From positions 3,460,387-3,524,386 of the forward strand of contig NW_003314267.1 of the NCBI RefSeq assembly GCF_000143415.4: 64,000 bases of DNA. The letters run 5' to 3'. The stretch's first letter is position 1. Each line of letters opens with the position of its first letter. This document shows positions 37,856 through 48,829 of this stretch, piece by piece. The notes beneath the pieces are model-generated. The model was not told the origin of the DNA. It saw only the letters and a list, made by a program, of their open reading frames with translations, and did not search any database. The position numbers were made by a program, and so were the translations under genes. Origin of the DNA: Selaginella moellendorffii (Eukaryota; Plantae; Lycopodiophyta).

Positions 37856-40800
37856 ATGGCCTTCAGGGTTGGGGAAAAGGTTTACATTTTGAATGGTGGG
37901 AAGAGAGTTGCAAAAGGGACCCTTGTGTCTATGGATCGGAACTTTGTTATACACTGTCAAAGGCTTGGGGAAGGCAATGCTGCTGTATCAGTAGAGACTG
38001 TCTTCGATGGGAATGTGGTCGCTATTGAACGAGGAGAGATGGTCGTCGGGGTAAATGTTGTTGTTGCCTTGAAAAATCTGCAGAAGAAAGCAGATGTTGG
38101 GGACAGCACAAGTGCGACGCATGTTCCCTCCGTGGATCTTAAGAACCGTGCTACATGGATTCAGGCAAAGGTGTTTCTAAACAACCCCGAGAGGGAGGTG
38201 GTAGCTGAGGGCTTAGCCACAGTTGTCGATCCAAGAGATGCGGTTGCTAATCAAGAATTGGGCTGGGATGATATTGGAGTTGCAATTTTAGAGGTTGTTG
38301 ACACAGAAGAAAACAGTCTGACTATTGGAAGCATTGTGCGGTGGAAATTGAGGCATTTAGTGTTTGAGAATGTGAAGGATTCACAATCAAACACCACTAC
38401 AACTGATGACAGAACATCTTTTCATGGGAAAAGAAAGTACACCTTCCTACAGCGCAGCCAAAGGGATCTGAGCAACGAACCGAAAAGGCAGAAAATGGCG
38501 ATGGAGGTTCGAATGGTCTCGACAGTTGCTTGTTGCAAGAGGAGGTGCTGTCAACATGCTGATTGGGATGCTATTGAAGAGGAGAGAGCAAGATACAAGA
38601 CATTGTCCTGGAAGGCAGCTCGCAATTTTGTGTATGAGGCATTACGGTCATTTGTTGATGCTTCAGAACATCAGGTGGGGGGCATGGTCTTCCAGAGGGG
38701 TTTGGTCTGCATGAAGGCATGGAGAATCATTTATGGAGTCCCTCAAACCACATTCTACAGAATCAAAACTGAGTTCGAGGAATAAAGGGTTCAACAGGCA
38801 GTCCATGGGAACGACGGTACGCACAAAACCAGGGGTCATGTTGTATATGGAGAGGCAATCTTCAAGAGGTTTGTCGAGACATGTAGCGAGCAGCAACCAC
38901 ATAAAACCTGCCTCTTGGAAGATGGAACACGAGACACCCAACGAGTTCACCCTTCCATGTATACCAAGGGGGCCATATTGGAAGATATGAATTGGGAACT
39001 CCAGAGTAATGGCTATAGGAAGCTGAGCCAATCTAGATTTAGTAGATTGTGGAGCAACAGGTTCAGGGATATGAGTATAGGAAAGTACTCCAGCTTTTCA
39101 AAGTGTGACGAGTGCACTGCTATCAAAATGGATTTGTCGAAGAATTTTTGCAGCGCTCAAGAGCGAGAGACGTTGGTTAGAAGGCGGCTCGACCACAACA
39201 TCGAGCAGAGAAGCTGCAGGACTGCATATTATCATAACAGGATTCTCTCCATGGAGAGACCTGACTCTTACCTCTGCATCATCCACGACAAAATGGACCA
39301 GAAAAAGACGTGCTTACCTCGACTCAATCCTGCCCCCAAGGCAATTTCCTCATCCATGCAGCTGCCTGTGTCTCTGTTTGGCATAATCGCTCATGGGCAT
39401 GGTGCCCAGAACTATGGGAACTTCTTTGTACCTCTATGGGGTGGCGAGGGTGCAAACATGATGATTGCGTCCCTAACAAAACACTTAAGGTCTCTGCAAA
39501 GTGCGCAGACTGAGCTGAACGGCCAACCCTTGCATAAGGCCCTTGTCGATCGAACCCCATACAGGGTTCAGCTGGAGGAGGAGCAAAGCCTTGCAGTATC
39601 GCGTGGGGCCCCATGCCATCCCAGTGAATATGTTGGCCGTCAGATTGTAGGGTTATCACGTGAGGCCTCATGCCATTCTGACGAGGCTGGTCGCCCGGTG
39701 AATGCACAGCCTCATCCAAACGAAGTAGAATCTCAAGGAAGTTCTTGCGGCCGATGTAGCCTTCCACCCCATCTTCTGCTCCAAACAGACAATGCTGGCA
39801 GTGAGAACAAAAACATGTACGTCTTCGCGTACTTGGCGATGCTTGTTGCCAAAGGCATATTTGAAACGGTTACACTTGGCTTTCTCATGGTTGGGCACAC
39901 TCATGAAGACGTCAATGCCATGTTCAGTCACCTGGCAGAGTCCCTCCGGCGATCCAATGTCCTCACCCTCCCACAACTCTACGATGAATTCCAAAATTGC
40001 ATCAAAGGCACTGTTGAAGCTGCACTTGTGACAGAGGTTCCAGACTTTAAGGGGTTTGTAAGAGGCTACATCAGGGATGGATCCGAAACACTGATTGGCC
40101 ACTCCAAGCCTCTTCAGTTTCATTTCAGCATGCGTGACGGTGCTCCAGTGATGAGGTACAAGATGAGAGAATGGGACATAGTGTGGCTGCCAGTGGATGG
40201 CATTGAACTCTTCAAAAGAGATCCCATAACTGGGGAACCTATGATTCCTTAGGGTTCCCCACGGCCGATGCACCCGGATGGACTCAAAGACCAGGAAAGT
40301 ATAGTGGCCGGGATTAGACAGCATATTGCCTTCTGGAAGAGGGGGTTGGTGTTTGGTGGAGAATCCTATTTTAAGAGGTGCAAGCCTTTGTTCGAATACT
40401 GGGAGAAGATTATATCTGCTATCCAAAATGGGCCGGTTGTATATGAAGAATTGGAAGAGTCCTTTTGGCTAGAACCTAGAGCACCAGATAGTAGCGGAAT
40501 AATGTCCTCTGGAAATGCAGTGATAGACAACGATGTTGAGGATCACTATTGTGGGCCGAGGAACAAGAAGCCGGATTCAGCATTCAATCCAGTACAGGTC
40601 TGCAAAGGAATGGTCGTGCTTGTCAGACCCAGTAATAAAAAACAAATGATATGGGTGGGGCGCTACATCACTGATGTAGAGGAGGACGCGGAAACTAACT
40701 CCTTCAATGTAACTGTGGAGTGGTTCAAGCCAAGTTCCAGATATACGAAGGATTGCCTAGAAAAGAGATGGGTGCTAAATCCAAGGGATCCCAGCATGAG

Positions 40801-40924
40801 CATATCGGTGGATAATGTTGTGCATGGTTGGATGCGGAAGCAGAGTGCCACCATCACCTTGCCAGACCATGCAAGAGATGCAGCAAGAGCATTCATAACC
40901 CGGGTTCAAGGTGAGATTCATTAA
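37856..40924 (+). pseudogene. Sola1-like DDD transposase (~1020 aa when two in-frame stops are read through), with N-terminal Tnp1/En/Spm-like repeats and a C-terminal BAH-like domain
   Basis: Three track ORFs share one frame (stops at 38783-38785 and 40250-40252). CC..C..HA and KCDEC Cys motifs; IIHDKMDQ, LQTDNAGSENKN and FLMVGHTHEDVN (third D mutated by G>A). 4-bp TSD. Confidence 0.82.
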
Positions 40925-41637
40925 TATTCCTTTACTAAGTTTCTAATGTATTTTATTTCAAGGTGAACAATCCAAATCTGAATCAGAGGAGGCGTGATGG
41001 CATGTGGCCTTACGCCATTCATAGGTGAGATGATACAAATAACAAGTATAAATTCTTAGTTGTTCTAGCAAATTTTACTTAAAGTTCAAGGTGAACAAGC
41101 CGAATATGAATTCATTGGATTGTTATAACAAATTGCGAGGTGATGGCATGAGGCGATACGCCATTTGAGAGTGGTAGCCATTCCTATATGAGGTGAGTGA
41201 AATATTTATTAGAAATACCTCATTCAATTGTGCACTTCTAAGTCTTGGTCCACTCAGAACTGTTTGCATGTTTCTATTTTAATTCTTTCTCTAAAATGTT
41301 ATTTAGCATGTGGCTTCATGCCATTGCTCTCCACAATCATGCATTGAATTTTTCTATCCTTGCATAATACTTCTCCATATATATAGCATGTGCACATATG
41401 TGATATGGTTCATTAGGCCTGATATAGTGTGTGAGGTAAAACAAAGATGATGTGACATATGCATTTACCAATCACACGTGCATAAATCTAATAATATGGC
41501 GTGTGGCCCATATTAATGGCACATAAACCCATATTGTGGGCTTACGTGCTTTATGTACCATCATTCCCTTGCAGCGTGTGTGTTGGTTTCCTTTTATAAC
41601 ACAACGAACTCCATATTTTAGGGTGAAGAGCGTTCTC

Positions 41638-41895
41638 ATGGCAAGCACAAAATCTGTAAGTGAGGCAGAAAAGGAGACGGAGAAGGAGATAGGTGAAGAT
41701 GTAGAATATATAAGTCTTCCAAACTCCCCGTACTATACTCCAGGTGATCATTTTTCTGAACAAACGGCAACATTAACAACTATCGAGAATGCCCCAGTAA
41801 CGTCAGAGACAACAATCCAAAGCAAAACAACTGACCTGGAGAAGGATGATAGTACCGCTGAGAGTACCAAAAAGGAGGTGTCCACTAGCGCTTAG
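41638..41895 (+). CDS. Possible small acidic, S/T/E-rich ORF or terminal exon inside the Sola1-like element
   Basis: Open frame with coding-like composition in an AT-rich context, preceded by a possible acceptor (TTTTAG). No recognisable domain. Confidence 0.3.
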   Translation: MASTKSVSEAEKETEKEIGEDVEYISLPNSPYYTPGDHFSEQTATLTTIENAPVTSETTIQSKTTDLEKDDSTAESTKKEVSTSA

Positions 41896-42555
41896 GCTTA
41901 TAATGGCGTGTGCCCTCATGCCATTTACTTGATCACCAAATACCTTTTTCCCTTTGCACTAGTATATCTTAATACCGGTCTGAGAAATAGAATGGCATGT
42001 GCCCTCAGGCCTTTTACTAAATCACCTTTGAAAGAAATGCAAGCCTCTATGTCGTAAAAAAAAGGTACTAGAAAAATTCCTTAATAATATGAATGTTATT
42101 TAGTTTCATGAAAATACACTAAGGGTCAAATGAGTTAAATGACTTCTCCAGACTAGCAATGCCTCTTGCTACACCTTCACAATTAGATTCGTTAGAAAAA
42201 GATAACATTGAATAATATCTAAATGTTCTCACCATTAAGTTATATGTCTGGCTAATAGGAATGACGTTCATCTTGGAAAGCTCACCACACGCTCAATGAA
42301 CAAACAAATAGTGTGTGCGCGCATGCCATCGCTCTTCTTTAGCTTCAGATTCGGCTTGTTCACCTTGACAATGAGATTTATTATACAACCAGATGGACTC
42401 AGTCTGGACACAAAGTCACCACGCTAGTCACCATGCCCCAGATATGTCTAGCCCCTGGATAAAAAACATATAATTTCACGTCATTTTCAAATACTTGAAA
42501 ATTTGTACCTAGTCCCATTTTACTGAATAAATCCCACTTTAACGAAATAGAGCTT

Positions 42556-44110
42556 ACAAGAAGTGTTGCTGAGGAATCTAGAGGCACGGGAAGCTCACCA
42601 AAGAGGTGGGCTGCCAACGGAAGAGAAAACGGGCTATGCGGAACGCAACGAACTCATCTATTACAAGCAAACGAGGGTGTATGTTCCAGAAGGGGAACTA
42701 AGGAAGGTAGCCTTAGAAGAGTGTCATGACGGACCTCTTGCGGGACACAGCGGAGTGCCCAAGACAATGGTCTTACTCAAGAGGAAGTACTATTGGCCAG
42801 ATATGGCTAAGGATATCCAAGACTATGTAAAGACATGTCCAACATGTCAGCAGGTCAAAGCCGTGACTAAGGCTAGTGGGGGCTTGTTGCAGAGCATCCC
42901 AATTCCAGATCATCTGTGGAAATGTCTTACGATGGACTTCATCACGGGACTCCCCCCAAGTGAGGGGTTTGATGCGATATTCGTGGTGGTGGACTGATTT
43001 TCAAAGATGGCACATTTCATACCCACCACAACGGATGTGGATGCGAAAGGTGTGGCGAAGCTGTTCTTCGAACAAGTGGTTCGAGTGTGGGGAAGACCAG
43101 AAGAGATTATCTCAGATCAAGATAAGCTCTTCACTATTAGGTTCTGGAGAACTCTCTTGGAACAGTATCGCACCAAGTTGAAATTCAGCACAGCCTATCA
43201 CCCACAGGCAGGTATGGGGTATTAAGTCAAGTTTGAGGGCACTAACACTTCTTGACAGAAGGACAAACGGAAAGGGTGAATAGGCAGCTGGAGGATTATT
43301 TGCGATGCTATGTCTCGGGAGACCAAACTGATTGGGTAAGTCATTTGGGACTTGCGGAAATGTGTTATAACAACTCACCACATTCGAGTATCGGGGTGAG
43401 TCCATGGGAAGTCATCAATGGGCGAGCTATTGAAGGTCCTGTGGAACTCGGCGTGGCCGAGTATCATGGAGAGCTACCTGCAATGGAGGCATTCACGGTG
43501 GAAAGACTCAACATTTGGAATCTAGTGAGGGATTCCTTGGAACGGGCTCAACAAAGGCAAACCAAGTACGCGAACCAAAAGTGCCAGGATGTAGAGTTCC
43601 AAGCTGGGGAAAGGTGTGGCTGAACACCAAGAACCTCAAGCTACCAAGTGGGATTAGCCGAAAGTTGACCCAAAGGTAAAAATGCATGTATTCTTGTAAA
43701 TGAAATGATCTTAAGTTCCTTAAGCAGGTTCGCGGGGCCTTACGAGATTGAGGCACGAATCGGTAAAGTGGCTTACCATCTCCGACTTCCTCGAGAGATG
43801 GGGAAGATGCACCCAGTGTTCCATGTGAACTTACTCAAGCCGTACTTTGAGGATCCGCTTCGCAAGGACCAAGTAAGACCTTTACCTGAGGTTATCCAAG
43901 GGGAAGAGGAATACGAAGTCGAGGCCATCCTCAATGCGCGCAGGAGCAAGTGACAAGGACGCGAGGTGAGAGAGTTCCATGTGAAGTGGAAAGGATTTCC
44001 ACACTGTGAAGCAACATGGGAACCGGAGGAGAACCTAGTGAACGCGCGAGATCTAGTGGAGGAATTTCTGCAAGGCAAAACTCGATGTACTTATGCAAAG
44101 TTCAATTAAA
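42556..44110 (+). pseudogene. Element A pol, 3' part: integrase and chromodomain, split by two GT-AG introns
   Basis: HD..GHSG..CPTC, MDFITGLP, ISDQD, HPQA^EGQTERVN, KLTQR^FAGPY, YEVEAIL..VKWKGF..TWEP. Introns at 43212-43258 and 43676-43727; one frameshift near 43610. Confidence 0.9.
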
Positions 44111-45617
44111 GTATCAATTTGCAAAGTTGAGCAGTGGCATATGTTGGGACCCTCGCCGAAGGTAAGCTAATTAGCATGGGTTAGCTAGGTCGACCAGGCA
44201 TAGGGCACTACGCCCGACTCCCCGTAGGGATGTCAAATCCGTAGACGTATTCTACGGAGGTTGGGTTTGAGTCCCAACCCCCTAGTAAAGCAAGGCTGGG
44301 TTCAAGTCAAGACCCCATACTAGGGTGTGGTGAGGTGAGGGGTATAGGGACATTTATATTCCGTTGTCATGGGCTCTTGGCCGGGGAGGCTAACTTAGGC
44401 ACACCACTAAGTGGGAGGATGCTCCCGGAGACATGGTCAACAAGTTGTAGGATAAAAAGAGACGTTCGATGTGGGCATCGAACTTCTTCTATGGGTGGTG
44501 GAGTTGTAAGGAACCGACTCCCCGAGATGTCGTAGGCTAAAGGATCTCCGAAAGCATGACCGAAATGACAAAGAGTTCATCGGATGGGACCGAGTCGAAG
44601 ATTGAGTCCAAGACCGACTCTGAGACCGAGTTCGAGATAGAGTCCGGGATCGAGCCCGAAGCCGAATCGGAGACTGAGTTCGAGACAGAGTCCGAGATCC
44701 AAATCAGGTCTGAGACCGAGTCCGAGGTCGAATCCGAAGTCGAGTCCGAGATCGGGTCCAAGATCGAGTCCAAGATCGAGTCCGAGACCGAGTCCGAAGT
44801 CGGGTCTGAGATCGAGTCCGAGATCGAATCTGAGACTAAGTCCAAATACTAATACGGGTCAAGGGGTGAAAGCCCAAAGCATGCGTCTCCCGGGGGGGGG
44901 GGGGCTGTAGGGGGTTCCAAAAGTATAGTAAGGATAGTGAGGTCCAGGAACCAGTCTTGAAGGAACTCTTTAGTGGTGCTTCCAAACTGACTTGACGTTG
45001 AGACTGGGGCCGAGGGGCCTTGGGTGGTGCCGGAGGGGCCACCTAGGGAAGTGCTCAAGAGCAGCTCCCACTCCCGAAAGGGAAACCGACTACAGTGCTC
45101 CCGGCTCATATGGAGTGGTGCCCCACTTGAGTACCTTGTGGCTCATTGGTCCTCGCCCTTCCTAGGGGCTTGGGCCTTCCCTTCAGGATGGAAGTGGGGG
45201 GGTAGAGGTACCCATACTGGGCCGTTAAGCCACAGTGTTTCGCCCCGATGTCCCGAAGCAAGTGTTACACCCAAGGCTTGGGATTTAGAGGGTCCCATAA
45301 TCAAGTCTTGTTGTACCAAGGGGTGTTAGGAACCTGAAGGCTTGGTGTGCTTGGCTGCTTGTGCATGCGGGGAGTGTAGCCAAACTTTAAGTCTAGTCTA
45401 ACCCAGGGAGGGGGATTGGGAGAGACTTGGGAATCCGTAGATGGATGGCTAACACTCCGTTGCTCGTGTAGTGAGTAGCTGAAACCAAGTAGGACCAAGT
45501 AGGAGCTGGTACAATGGGCGAGAACCTTGGCGAGGGAATTTAGCACAAGCTAAGGTAGTGTTGGTCGGATAGACGAGGTAAGCTTGCAAATTGGAAAGGA
45601 AAAATTTGTGGCTTACA

Positions 45618-48307
45618 CCAGGTTCTTCCGCTTCAATAATGAAGTAACGGCAGAATGGTCACCTTCAAGTAACGTCTGAGAACCATGTAGATATGCATGA
45701 ATTTTCTCAAAACCCCAAACTGCAGCAAAACACTCCTTCTCTGTCGTGGAAGAGTTCACCTCTACTAGTTGTAACGTACGGCTTATATATGCAATAGGAT
45801 GATGCTGACCAGGCACACTTGGGCTTTCTTGCATCAACACACCTCCAAGACCAATATCAGAAGCATCTACATGCAAAATAAAAGGTCGAGTGTAGTTAGG
45901 ATATGCCAAAACCGGAGGAATCGTCAACAGCTCTTTGAGATCCACAAACACCCGCTCACAATCTAAAGACCAGATGAAAGATGACGTTGATGACTTCAGC
46001 AACGCTCGCAATGGTGCAGTGCGATCAGAAAGATGATCCACAAAACGACCGAGATACTGCATCTTGCCCAGGAAGTACTGCATATCATTCACACACTTCA
46101 GAGTAGGGAACTTTAGAATGGCTACAAGTTTGTTAGGATCAACTTGCTAACCCTCACGAGAAATACAGTACCCAGGATAAGTTGTGTCCTTGGACCCAAA
46201 CACGCACTTCGACCGCTTCAGCTTTAAACCAATGTCCCATAGTTGATCTAACACTTTACACACATCACGAATGTGCTCCTCCCACATCCCCTCCAAGTGA
46301 ATCAAGACATCATTGATGAAGTCAGCAGTCACCTCTGGCATATCACAAAGAACCTCGTCCATCATCCGCTAGAAAGTTGTTGGAGCATTGTTCAAACCAA
46401 ATGGCATCATCAAGAACTCGTACAAACCAAATGGTGTACGAAAAGCAGTCTTAGGAATATCTTCTTCGGCCATTAGTACTTGCCAGTGTACCCAGAAGCA
46501 AGATCTAGCTTGGTGAACCAACGACTTCGCCCCAGACGATCCAAGAGATCAGCAGTGTGAGGAAGAGGGTACACATCCGGGATCGTCACTTCATTTAACG
46601 GACAATAGTCGATGCAAAAACAAATACTCCCATCAGGCTTCGTCACAAGATGAGGTTCACATGCCCAAGGACTTTGCAACTTCCGACACCCTTCTCCAAC
46701 ATCTCTTTGACATTTGCATGTAAAATCTTGATCTCCTTGGGTGACCAACGATGAATATGAACCTTGATTAGACGAGCATCCCCGGTTGGAATTGGATGAC
46801 ATGTGGCAATCTTGGCCCCAGACAAGAGGTCAAATTCAAAGAGATCAGCATACTCCTTCATGAGCCGGTCAACAGCTGCAACACAAAGATCATCGGAGGG
46901 ATCAGAAAAGGGAAGAGCAGAACAAATGAAAACACAGGAGGAAATAGTGGGGGAACAAAAGTAATGGAAGCAGAGGTAGAAGTAGAGGGACGAAGAGGTA
47001 TGGAAGTGAGAGGAATGGATGAAACATAAGGAAGTATGAAACAAGGGGGAGAAGCCTCAAAGTCACACTTGGCATGATTTCGCTGCAATCAATCTATACC
47101 AAGAATGAGGTCAAAAGCTTGACTCGGCACCACCCGCAACGACTGCAACTCAAGCTCGAGATTGCCCACACGCACAACCAGGTCCGCTTCATCTCGTGCA
47201 CACGCATGTGTACGGCCGTTGCCATAAAGAATGAAAACTAAATCTACCGCATGACGCAAGTGTAGACGACAACATGTGGCAACAGGTCGAGCAATAGAAG
47301 ATAAACTCGAACCTGTATCAACCAAATAGAGAGAATAATAGGAGACCTCTTGTTATAAAAAGCAGCTTGGAAAATAAACACTGGATGAACCGGTGCCGAG
47401 TGAACCCCTTGATGATACTTCCGAAAGAAAAATAGAGGGGTCACTAATTTATTCGCGCAAGGTCCCTCCGTTACTCATGTACCTCCTTGTTTCCTGGATG
47501 CACCTCGGTGTCCAAACCTTCCACCGCAGTAGCACCAACAGGACGTTGCTGACGCCAAGGTCTCCACCCAGGAAATGGAGGTCGCCAATCCGGAAAGCGC
47601 CGACAACGCTGATAAGTATGACCAACTTCATCACACGCCCAATAACGAACATCACGGCCACGACCACGTCCTCGCCCTTGTCCTTGGACTCGAGTAACAG
47701 CAGCATCAACCTCCATTGGAACAGGACCATCACCCATAGAAAGTGGAGCTAAAGGACGTGCAATGAGAATTAGAAGAGGCGATATCTTGATGCAATTTGG
47801 CATTCGTTTCCAAAGTCTTTTACTTCGTGTGGAGCCAAATATGTCGAAGTGGATCAAGCTAGGAATGTTGTGGTTAGCACTTTGTCAAGATCTTGTCGGA
47901 CTTATGCATGCACTTGTTCCCGCCACCCTTGACGATGGTTTTCGCTTGGCACAACGTTATGCCAACTTAGATGGCCCTTGGCGAAGACGATGCAATTGTT
48001 GGAAGGCATCATCACAATCATTGGCATGTCCGAAGGTGCGTTTGAAGATGTCCGGTAGAACACTCCAATCCCCACGAGTGGCTACACTCAATCCAATGTA
48101 CCACTGCAACGCCGTCCCTTGGAGACACGTGGGGAACTCACGCAAACATTGAGCATCATCCCAAGAATGATATGTGGCAATCACCGTGAAATGATCGAAC
48201 TAATGGTACATATCATCCCCAGGATTCCCACGAAAGAACTCCGGCCAAACGCGAGGATTGGCACCAAGAGCAGGAGGAGTTGGACCACGTGCCATGAATG
48301 CCGCCAT
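45618..48307 (-). pseudogene. Element B gag, protease, RT and RNase H start
   Basis: WACDEVGHTYQRC knuckle, VDTGS, YPLP, LDLASGY, MPFGL, FIND, HVDASD; frameshifts and stops. Confidence 0.9.
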
Positions 48308-48829
48308 CAATTGAGTTTGGTTGTTCAAATGCAAATGCATAGCATCAAGCAATTGAATCAACTGCTGCTCTAGAGTTAAAGGAGGAGATTGCTGATCTGC
48401 TATGAAGATATACGAAAAAGAAAGAGCAAAAGAAGAGAAATGACAAAAAGCTGGAAGGAAATGGTGGATTTAGACAATGCAAAAAGCTAGATCTAAATCA
48501 AAATTCTGAAAGGAAAGAACAAAAGAAAGGAAATGGAAAAAGCTAGATCTAGACGATGCAAAAGTTAGATCTAAACCAAAATCCCAAATCCAAGCACTCC
48601 CCAGGGACAATCAAAGGTGCCCCTCACTTCCACCAATATGAGTGCATGGAATATGGAAAGGGAATACAAAAATGTGCATATCAATTAGCCCAAAAACCCT
48701 AGCTTATATACAGGAGCAAGTGGTCTGGATTGAAACCAATCTGATGGCTACCAAAATCCCACTACGCTAATATTAGTATACGGCATCGTAGTCGTACACT
48801 TGGCCCTCACACTTGCAATTAAATTCAGT

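Larger units (their letters stand above)
28545..42555 (+). mobile_element. 14-kb Sola1-like DNA transposon with a cargo gene, ~24-bp TIRs, TSD ACAA
   Basis: AAGCTCTATTTTGTTAAAGTGGGA at 28545 and TCCCACTTTAACGAAATAGAGCTT ending at 42555. ACAA at 28541-28544 and 42556-42559. Excision restores pol ..LAQEVLLRN, matching copy A' at ~9389-9415. Confidence 0.93.
24129..45617 (+). mobile_element. Chromovirus-type Ty3/Gypsy element A, ~1.1-kb LTRs, TSD CCAGG, interrupted by the Sola1-like element
   Basis: LTRs at 24129-25265 and 44505-45617 (TGTAAGG..GCTTACA). CCAGG at 24124-24128 and 45618-45622. Met-like PBS at 25269-25281, PPT at 44491-44504. Confidence 0.95.
22311..48811 (-). mobile_element. Ty3/Gypsy element B (non-chromovirus), ~174-bp LTRs, 4-bp TSD CTTG, interrupted by element A
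   Basis: LTRs at 22311-22484 and 48637-48811. CTTG at 22307-22310 and 48812-48815. On the minus strand, PPT next to 22485 and PBS TGGTGGAAGTGAGGGG at ~48620-48635. Confidence 0.92.

Noticed and set aside
28931-42329. Palindromic repeats as a CRISPR array
   Set aside because: Spacing is irregular (tens of bp to kb), copies are degenerate and lie in introns and exons, there are no cas genes, and the context is eukaryotic.
44537-44852. ES-, SD- or LG-rich ORFs in the LTRs (also 899-1537 and 24161-24494) as real proteins
   Set aside because: They are a by-product of 12-bp tandem repeats that are open in several frames on both strands; the equivalent frame has a stop in the 5' LTR.
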